Below are positions 33,720 through 40,209 of a stretch of DNA of 40,209 nt, in pieces. Location of the stretch: IMG/VR virus record IMGVR_UViG_3300048574_000427, positions 1 through 40,209 of that record, one strand, 5' to 3'. The notes beneath the pieces are model-generated. The model did no database searches and was not told where the DNA came from. It saw nothing but the letters and a program-made list of their open reading frames with translations. Source of the DNA: a virus. Taxonomy: Duplodnaviria; Caudoviricetes. A program made the position numbers and the translations under genes. Each line of letters opens with the position of its first letter. Position 1 is the stretch's first letter.

Positions 33720-36206
33720 ATGTCCATGCGCCTCGCCCTCGTCATCGACGGCAATGCCGCCGGCGCCAAACAGGCGCTCGACGAGACGGCGCGTGGGCTC
33801 GCCAATATCCGCCAGGTGGCGGCCGGCGCTGCGGCCGCGACGGGACCCGCGCTGTCGGGGGTCGCCCCGGCGATCGACAAGGCGTCCGGTGCCCTCAAGG
33901 GGTTCGAGGCCGAGCTCGCCAAGGCGACCGGCGCCATCAACGACATGAGCGCGGTCGGCCAGCGCGGCCTCGACCAGATTCGCGCGCGCTTCGATCCGCT
34001 CTTCGCGTCCGGCCAACGCTACAGGCAGGAACTCGCCGACATCCGCGAAGCGATGGCCTCCCAGGCGCTCACCCAGGCGCAAGGGGCCGCCGCCATCGCG
34101 CGCACCAAGGAAGCCTTCACGTCGCAGGTGGCGGCGATCAATGGCGCCAAGACGGCAGCCAAGGGCATGTCGTTCGAGGCGAAGAACCTCAGCTATCAGC
34201 TGGTCGATATCAGCCAGGGCGTGCTGATGGGCCAGTCCGCCTTCATGATCCTGGCCCAGCAGGGCGGCCAGGTCGCGCAGGTGATCGGCACGGCTCAGGG
34301 CGGCCTGGGCGGCCTGATGAAGGAGCTCAAGACATCCGTCCTCGGGCTCGTCACGCCGATGCGGCTCTTGGGGCTCGGTGCAGTAGCCGCCGGCGCCGCC
34401 GGCTACGCGCTCTACAGTAGTTGGAAGTCGTCGGCGCTGGCGCTCGACGATACGGCGCGTGCGGCCGGAACGACCATCCGCGTCATCCGGGAGCTGCAGT
34501 CCGTCGCCGCCGGCAAGGGCATCAAGGCGGACCAGTTCCTGCCCGACATGGAGCAGTTCGGCCAGCAGGTCTATCAGGCCCGCAGTGGCATGGGCGGACT
34601 CGCGGAGGTCCTGCGCGCCAACGGCGTGCCGGCCGCCAAGGATTTCGAAGACGCCTTCAACAAGGTTGCCGACCTGATCGCGCGTGCCAAGGACGATCAG
34701 ACTCGGCTGTCGCTGCTCCAGCAGGTGGGGCTGCCGGCGACGATGCAATACGTGCGCCTGATGCAGCAGGGTGCGGACGGCATCAAGACGGCGCGTGAGG
34801 AAGCAGTCAAATTCAACGACGTCGCCGAAGAGAAGATGATCGCCTCGGTGCGCCGCTTCGACGAGGCCTGGGACAGGTTCTGGGACAAGTTCGGCAAAGC
34901 CGTCAAGAGTGCGACGGTTTCCGCCGGCGGTTGGCTGGACGACCTCAGCGACAAAGTGAACCGCCTTGTCATGCGGTTCGACGTCGCGACCGGCGGCTCG
35001 GGGCGGTCTGCCCTCAGTCTCATCTACGGCGCCGCAGTCCAGCAAGGAGAGGCATCTCGGCTCACCCAGGGCGATGCCCAAAAGTACTATGAAGCGACGG
35101 GTCGCGGCAAAACTCCGTTCGAAGCCAGCGAGCCTGCTCCCACCGGTAGGCTTCGAATAACGGTCAACCGCCCGACGGGCGATGTCGATCCCGCCAAACA
35201 GAAGGCCGACGCGGCTCGATACCAGCAGATGATCGGCCTGCTCGGTCAAACCGCGACCGCCACCGAGCAGGTGACGGCGTTCGAAAAGCAGCTGCAGCTC
35301 GCTTGGCTGACCACCGGCGTATCGATCCCGAAGGAGCGAACCGCGGTCATCAAGAAGATGATCGAGGAGCAGGCGCTCGGCATCACCCAGATCAAGGCCA
35401 GCGCCGATGCCCAGCGCCTGGAGGCCGACGCGATCGGCATGTCGGTCGGGCAATCGACCGCCTACCTCGCGGTCCAGAACGCGATCCTCGACGCCAAGCG
35501 GCGCGGCCAGACGCTCACCCAGGACAACATCGCGGCGATCGAGCGCGAGGCCGCCGCGCTCGGGGCCGCCGCCCAGCGCACCGACAATTTGAAGTCCAGT
35601 TACGACACCGCCAAAGGTGCCTTCACGACCTTCCGCCAGGAGATCGCCCAGGGTACCGGCGTCTGGGATGCGCTCGCCAAGGCCGGCATCAACGCCCTCG
35701 ACAAGATCGGCGCCAAGCTCGGGGATCTCGCGTTCGACCAGGCGTGGCAGATGTTCTTCGGCAGTTCGGGCGCCGCATCCGGCGGCGCCAGCGGCGGCGG
35801 CATTTTCGCGTCGATCGGAAAGCTGCTCGGCTTCGCGCGAGGCGGCTACACCGGCGACCGCGGCCGCCAGGCCGTTTCCGGCGTGGTGCACGGACAAGAA
35901 TTCGTCGTCAATGCGCAGGCGACCGCGCGCCACCGTCCGCTCCTCGAAGCCCTCAACGACAACCGCCTGCCGGGCTACGAGGACGGCGGCTATGTGGGCC
36001 CGCCGCCGTCGAACGTGGTTGCGTTTCCGGGCACAGCCAGCGGCGGCACGGCGCCGATCCAGGTCACCTACGCGCCCGTCTACAACGTGCAGGGCGTCGG
36101 TCAAGAAATCGACGATCTGCGCACCCAGATAGCGCGCGATCGCGCCGAGGCGCCTGCCGTCATCGTCCAGACCATCAAGGAAGCTCAATCCCGGAGAATG
36201 ATCTGA
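33720..36206 (+). CDS. Tail tape measure protein
   Basis: 828 aa, Ala-rich helical; NLSYQLVDISQGVLMGQSAFMILAQQGGQV; FARGGYTG..GVVHGQEFVVNA. Confidence 0.93.
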   Translation: MSMRLALVIDGNAAGAKQALDETARGLANIRQVAAGAAAATGPALSGVAPAIDKASGALKGFEAELAKATGAINDMSAVGQRGLDQIRARFDPLFASGQRYRQELADIREAMASQALTQAQGAAAIARTKEAFTSQVAAINGAKTAAKGMSFEAKNLSYQLVDISQGVLMGQSAFMILAQQGGQVAQVIGTAQGGLGGLMKELKTSVLGLVTPMRLLGLGAVAAGAAGYALYSSWKSSALALDDTARAAGTTIRVIRELQSVAAGKGIKADQFLPDMEQFGQQVYQARSGMGGLAEVLRANGVPAAKDFEDAFNKVADLIARAKDDQTRLSLLQQVGLPATMQYVRLMQQGADGIKTAREEAVKFNDVAEEKMIASVRRFDEAWDRFWDKFGKAVKSATVSAGGWLDDLSDKVNRLVMRFDVATGGSGRSALSLIYGAAVQQGEASRLTQGDAQKYYEATGRGKTPFEASEPAPTGRLRITVNRPTGDVDPAKQKADAARYQQMIGLLGQTATATEQVTAFEKQLQLAWLTTGVSIPKERTAVIKKMIEEQALGITQIKASADAQRLEADAIGMSVGQSTAYLAVQNAILDAKRRGQTLTQDNIAAIEREAAALGAAAQRTDNLKSSYDTAKGAFTTFRQEIAQGTGVWDALAKAGINALDKIGAKLGDLAFDQAWQMFFGSSGAASGGASGGGIFASIGKLLGFARGGYTGDRGRQAVSGVVHGQEFVVNAQATARHRPLLEALNDNRLPGYEDGGYVGPPPSNVVAFPGTASGGTAPIQVTYAPVYNVQGVGQEIDDLRTQIARDRAEAPAVIVQTIKEAQSRRMI

Positions 36207-36859
36207 TGGCCCTGATCACCTTCCCGCGGGCCATGCCGGACGAACTGCCGATCGTCGGCCTGTCGTTCACACCGTCGCCCATGATCGAGCTGTCGGCCCT
36301 GCGATCCGGCAGGCAGATTGCCAAGGAGCTCGGACCGACCCTGTGGCGCGCGACCTGGCGCACCGCAAAGATGACCGATACCGAGACCGGGATCGTGCGG
36401 GCCTGGTACGACACCCTTTTGAGCCTGGAGGCATTCCTTGGCTACGACAAGCTGCGGGAATACCCGCTCGCCTATAAGCGCGGCTTCGCCGGCCTGACCG
36501 TCGGCGGTAATCCCTTCGCCGGGACTTGCACGCTCGCCGGCGTCGCGAGCGACAACCTGCAGGTCTCGCTCTCCGCGCTGCCGATCGGCCTCGTGCTGTC
36601 GCGCGGGGACTATCTCGCCTTCGATTATGGGACGGACTCGCGCGCCCTGCACCGGTGTTCGGCCATTGCGACGGCAAACGGCAGCGGCACCCTCACCATC
36701 GAGGTGCGGCCGCACGTGCGGACAGGCTGGACAGCAGGCGCGACCGTCGCCCTGCGCCGGGCCGCCGCGCACATGAAGATCGTGCCCGATAGCTGGTCCG
36801 AACAGACGGAGGCGCCGTTCGGCACCACGCTCTCGTTCGAAGCAATCCAGACGCTCTGA
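36206..36859 (+). CDS. Distal tail protein-like
   Basis: Coupled to the tape measure stop; LRSGRQIAKELGPTLW; SFEAIQTL. Confidence 0.75.
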   Translation: MALITFPRAMPDELPIVGLSFTPSPMIELSALRSGRQIAKELGPTLWRATWRTAKMTDTETGIVRAWYDTLLSLEAFLGYDKLREYPLAYKRGFAGLTVGGNPFAGTCTLAGVASDNLQVSLSALPIGLVLSRGDYLAFDYGTDSRALHRCSAIATANGSGTLTIEVRPHVRTGWTAGATVALRRAAAHMKIVPDSWSEQTEAPFGTTLSFEAIQTL

Positions 36860-36868
36860 GGGCCGATC

Positions 36869-37453
36869 ATGAGGAACCTGACCACCGCACAGATGGAAGC
36901 GCTCGCCGCCGGCACGGTCGTTCGGCGCATGTTCGTCTGGTGTGACGCGCTCGATCTCTATGGCAATCCGGACCCGGCCGGGTTCTGGGATGACGCCGGC
37001 ACGATCGAGTACGACGGCCGGGTCTATCACGGCTCCGGCACCGTAATCTCGATCGAGACCTTGTCGGCGACTTCCGATTTCAGCATCCCGCGTCTCCGCG
37101 TCACAGCCTCCGGTCTGGAGCTTTCCACCAACGAACTGGTGCGCACCCGCAAGCTGGCCCAGCGGCCGATCTCCATCTCGATCGGCCTGTTCGCACCGGC
37201 GAACCGAGCCCTGATCCCGCCCTTGATCCCGTATTTCGAAGGCGTGGTCGATGACCCCGACATACCGACGGCTGCGGGTGGCAAGTCGCAGATCATCCTG
37301 ACCTGCGAGTCGGCGTCCCGCGCACTCACCATCAAGCGCACCGAGACGCGCTCGAAATCGTCCCTGTCCCAGCGCACCGCCGGGGACCGCTTCTACGACT
37401 ACACCGCGGGGCAGCGCGAAAAGACGATCTACTTCGGACGGAAGGGCCCATGA
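36869..37453 (+). CDS. Tail tip/hub protein (DUF2163-like)
   Basis: GFWDDAGTIEYDGRVYHGSG; LTCES; GDRFYDY; IYFG. Confidence 0.72.
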   Translation: MRNLTTAQMEALAAGTVVRRMFVWCDALDLYGNPDPAGFWDDAGTIEYDGRVYHGSGTVISIETLSATSDFSIPRLRVTASGLELSTNELVRTRKLAQRPISISIGLFAPANRALIPPLIPYFEGVVDDPDIPTAAGGKSQIILTCESASRALTIKRTETRSKSSLSQRTAGDRFYDYTAGQREKTIYFGRKGP

Positions 37454-37848
37454 ACGCGCGCCGCCTCATGGCAGAAGCCTACCGGGAGTGGTCGACGCGG
37501 CCGTTCGACTGGAACGGAGCGTGCTGCCTCGCCTGGTGCGGCGACGCCGCCCGCCGCATCACCGGCACCGACCCGACCGTCGCGTTGCGAGCCCGCTATG
37601 ACAGTGAGTTTTCGTGCCGGCGCGGCATGGTCGAGGAAGGCTGGAAATCGATCGCAGATGCGGCCGCCTCGCTCTACGCCGAGATCCCGGTGGCGATGGC
37701 CAGATCGGGGGACTGGGCGCTTTGCGTCGACGAGCGCGGCGAAGAAGGACTGGGGGTCGTCGTCGCCTCGGTGGTGGCTGTGCGCGGACCGGCCGGCATG
37801 GGTCAGGTTCCGCTGCTCTGGGCCCGACGAGCATTCAGGGTCGAATAG
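37450..37848 (+). CDS. NlpC/P60-like tail-associated protein (DUF6950-like)
   Basis: PFDWNGACCLAWCGDAARRITGTD; ARSGD; lambda K-like position. Confidence 0.72.
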   Translation: MNARRLMAEAYREWSTRPFDWNGACCLAWCGDAARRITGTDPTVALRARYDSEFSCRRGMVEEGWKSIADAAASLYAEIPVAMARSGDWALCVDERGEEGLGVVVASVVAVRGPAGMGQVPLLWARRAFRVE

Positions 37849-40209
37849 ATGCGGTTCATTCTCGCCATCGCCCTGGTTCTTTCGCTCGCCCTCCCGGCCA
37901 ACGCGGGCTTCCTGGTCCCGCTGATTGGTGGTGCGGCCTTCGCAGCGACCACCGCCGGCCTGGCGTTGAGCTTCGCGCTCAACGTCGTCGGTGCCTTCGC
38001 GTTCAGCTATGTCGCCGGCAAGCTCCTGGCCAAGAGCCAGAAGCAGGAGAGCGGAGTCCAGACCGGCGGTACCCAGCTCGACATCAGGATCGACGCCGAT
38101 GTCCCGATGTCGCTCCTGGTCGGTTATGCCGTCACGGGCGGCTCGCGGGTTGACGCCCGGACCTATGGCAAGCGCGGGGAAGACGACAATTCCGACCTGA
38201 TCGAGTTCATCTCGCTCGCGGACTGCGAGTGCGACGGCTTGGAAGCGGTGTTCGTCGAGGGCCAGCCGCGCACCCTGGGAGCCGATGACGGGTACCGTGG
38301 CCAGGTGGTCGACGGCTACGACGGCAAACTGGCGCTCAAATTCTACAACGGCCGCCAGACGGCCGCAGATGCGTTCTCGGTGGCGGCGTTCGGCAGCGCC
38401 GCCCAGCCATGGGATGGTGCTTTCATCGGCACCAGCGTCACCTACGCGCGGCTGCATTCGATCTACGACCGCGAGCGGGTGCCCGGCCAGCTGCCGTGGA
38501 AATTCGTGGTACGCGGCAAGCCCCTGTACGACCCTCGGAAGGATTCGACGGTTGCGGGCGGATCGGGATCGCACCGCTTTGCCGATCTCTCCACGCATGA
38601 GTGGACCCGCAACATGGCGGTGATCGCCTACAACGTTTTGCGCGGCATCTACGTTCTCGACGGCAACGGCGCTCGGCAATTTTTCTATGGCCTGGAAAAC
38701 ACCCGGCCGGAGCAACTGCCGCTCGATGTGTGGTTCGCGGCCATGAACGAGGCGGACATCGCCATCGCGCTCGCCGGCGGCGGCACCGAGCCGCAATACA
38801 CGGCCGGCGGCGAGATCACCCTGGACACCGAGCCGCTCGAAGCCACCAAGGAACTCGTCAAGGCAGGCGGCGGGCGGTTCGTCGAGATCGGCGGCATCTA
38901 CAAACTCTACCTGGGTGCACCGGGCCTGCCCGTGATGGCAATCGACGACGGCTCGCTGCTGGCCACCGTTGAAGACCGCTTCAAGCCCTTCATGGCGCTC
39001 GAAGGCCGGATCAACCACATCACCGGCAAGTACACCTCGCCGGCGGACGGCTGGATCGACGCGGTCGCCCCGGCGCGCAGCCGCGAGGACTGGCGGGCGG
39101 AGGATGGACGCCGCAAGTCGGCCGACTTCGCGGCGCCGATGGTGCAGTCCGGCACTCAGATGCAGCGGCTGATGGAGCAGTTTATCAACCGGTCGCGGCG
39201 CGAACGCAAACACGTCCTGCCGCTGCCGCCGGCCGCCTTCGTGCTGGAGCCCGGCGACGTGATCCAGTGGACCTCGGTCCGGAACGGCTATGCGGCCAAA
39301 GATTTCGAAGTCGACAGCGCCGACTATGCGACCAGCCTGGACACGACCATTTCGGCCACCGAAGTCGACGGCACGGATTTCGACTGGGACATCGGCCAGG
39401 AACTGCCGTTGCCAGACGGCCGCATCGTCACCACTCGGCCCGCCGGAAAGGTCGTCACGGGCTTCGACGTCGCCCCCTTCGTGTATCTCGGGGATGTCGG
39501 TACTAAACGGCCGGCCATCCGAATCTCCTGGGACGACCCGGAAGACGGCGACGCGATCGGCATCGCTTACGAAGTACGCGCCCTTGCCGACATCGCCAAT
39601 GCGACGAGCCATTCGATCACGGACGCCGATGTCGTCGCGAGCGGCGTTTTGACGATCGTCGGCGGCCTGCAGCCCCTGACCACCTATCAGGTGCGCGCCC
39701 GGTTCGTCTCCGCCAACGGCTATCCATGCGAGTGGAGCCTGTGGATGCCGGTCACCATGCCGGACACACGCATCGACCGTGATGAACTGTCCCGCCTGAT
39801 TGACGCGCGGTTGCGCCAGATCGAGGAGCAGCTGCCTGACATTCTCACGGTCCGGAAAGAACTCGATGCGCTGTCCGGTGCCGTCAACACCCAGGTCACC
39901 ACACTGGTCGAGCGCCTCGGTCAGGTGAACATCGGCGCGGGGGCGCGGTACGGCGAGAACAAGGCCTCCGTCGAACTCGCGCTCGGCGCGATCGCGGACG
40001 TGGACAGTGCGCTGTCTCAGCTCTCCATCGATCTCACGGCCGAGATCAATAACATGGGGGACACTGTCTCGGCGGGTGGCCGCTTTCGTATTGTCACAGC
40101 TGCGACACCAACTGGAGCTGTTGCCAGCATCGCCATGGAGGTAAATGTGGGGACGCCGGGAACACCGAGTTGGGATCGCGCCGGGATCTATCTGGACGTG
40201 GTGTCATGA
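37849..40209 (+). CDS. Tail tip / host-specificity protein (lambda J-like)
   Basis: VRGKPLYDPRKDSTVAGGSGSHR; LEPGDVIQW; FN3-like GLQPLTTYQVRARFV; then coiled coil. Stop at window end; may be C-terminally shortened. Confidence 0.88.
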   Translation: MRFILAIALVLSLALPANAGFLVPLIGGAAFAATTAGLALSFALNVVGAFAFSYVAGKLLAKSQKQESGVQTGGTQLDIRIDADVPMSLLVGYAVTGGSRVDARTYGKRGEDDNSDLIEFISLADCECDGLEAVFVEGQPRTLGADDGYRGQVVDGYDGKLALKFYNGRQTAADAFSVAAFGSAAQPWDGAFIGTSVTYARLHSIYDRERVPGQLPWKFVVRGKPLYDPRKDSTVAGGSGSHRFADLSTHEWTRNMAVIAYNVLRGIYVLDGNGARQFFYGLENTRPEQLPLDVWFAAMNEADIAIALAGGGTEPQYTAGGEITLDTEPLEATKELVKAGGGRFVEIGGIYKLYLGAPGLPVMAIDDGSLLATVEDRFKPFMALEGRINHITGKYTSPADGWIDAVAPARSREDWRAEDGRRKSADFAAPMVQSGTQMQRLMEQFINRSRRERKHVLPLPPAAFVLEPGDVIQWTSVRNGYAAKDFEVDSADYATSLDTTISATEVDGTDFDWDIGQELPLPDGRIVTTRPAGKVVTGFDVAPFVYLGDVGTKRPAIRISWDDPEDGDAIGIAYEVRALADIANATSHSITDADVVASGVLTIVGGLQPLTTYQVRARFVSANGYPCEWSLWMPVTMPDTRIDRDELSRLIDARLRQIEEQLPDILTVRKELDALSGAVNTQVTTLVERLGQVNIGAGARYGENKASVELALGAIADVDSALSQLSIDLTAEINNMGDTVSAGGRFRIVTAATPTGAVASIAMEVNVGTPGTPSWDRAGIYLDVVS

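Larger units (their letters stand above)
3847..40209 (+). mobile_element. Mu-like transposable prophage with siphovirus-type tail; right end not in window
   Basis: Contiguous repressor/Ner, MuA DDE transposase, MuB ATPase, Gam, GemA, Mor, lysis, Mu-type head genes and a tail module without sheath. Left boundary is inferred. Confidence 0.95.

Noticed and set aside
33672-39612. Long minus-strand ORFs (838 aa and 727 aa)
   Set aside because: Shadows of the tape measure and tail tip genes.
1-40209. CRISPR array, reverse transcriptase/DGR, invertase, tail sheath, rRNA
   Set aside because: No repeat-spacer pattern or diagnostic motifs seen; the phage right arm is outside the window, so these cannot be excluded there.

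Overview
High-GC alphaproteobacterial (probably Hyphomicrobiales) chromosome segment. Bases 1-3504 carry host dnaE (DNA polymerase III alpha, minus strand) with an alphaproteobacterial LexA box upstream. From about 3847 to the window end is most of a Mu-like (B3/BcepMu/RcapMu-type) transposable prophage with a non-contractile tail; its right end is not seen in the window. Gene order: left end, S24-type CI repressor and Ner, ParB-like protein, MuA, MuB, Gam, GemA, a phage GcrA homolog, Mor/C-like activator, GH108 endolysin and spanins, terminase, portal, MuF, protease/scaffold, capsid, neck, tail tube, frameshifted chaperone, tape measure and tail tip genes. Most unusual elements: (i) MuF fused to a probable PBECR2 (BECR-fold) RNase domain, followed by a densely base-paired ~80-nt element instead of an immunity gene; (ii) a tRNA-fMet-like RNA whose anticodon loop is replaced by a 17-nt extended arm, followed by hairpins and three small ORFs, inside the head-tail operon; (iii) a major capsid protein with a membrane/signal-like N-terminal leader; (iv) a phage GcrA with GANTC sites in both predicted late promoters. 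All family assignments are by motif recognition and synteny, not database searches.
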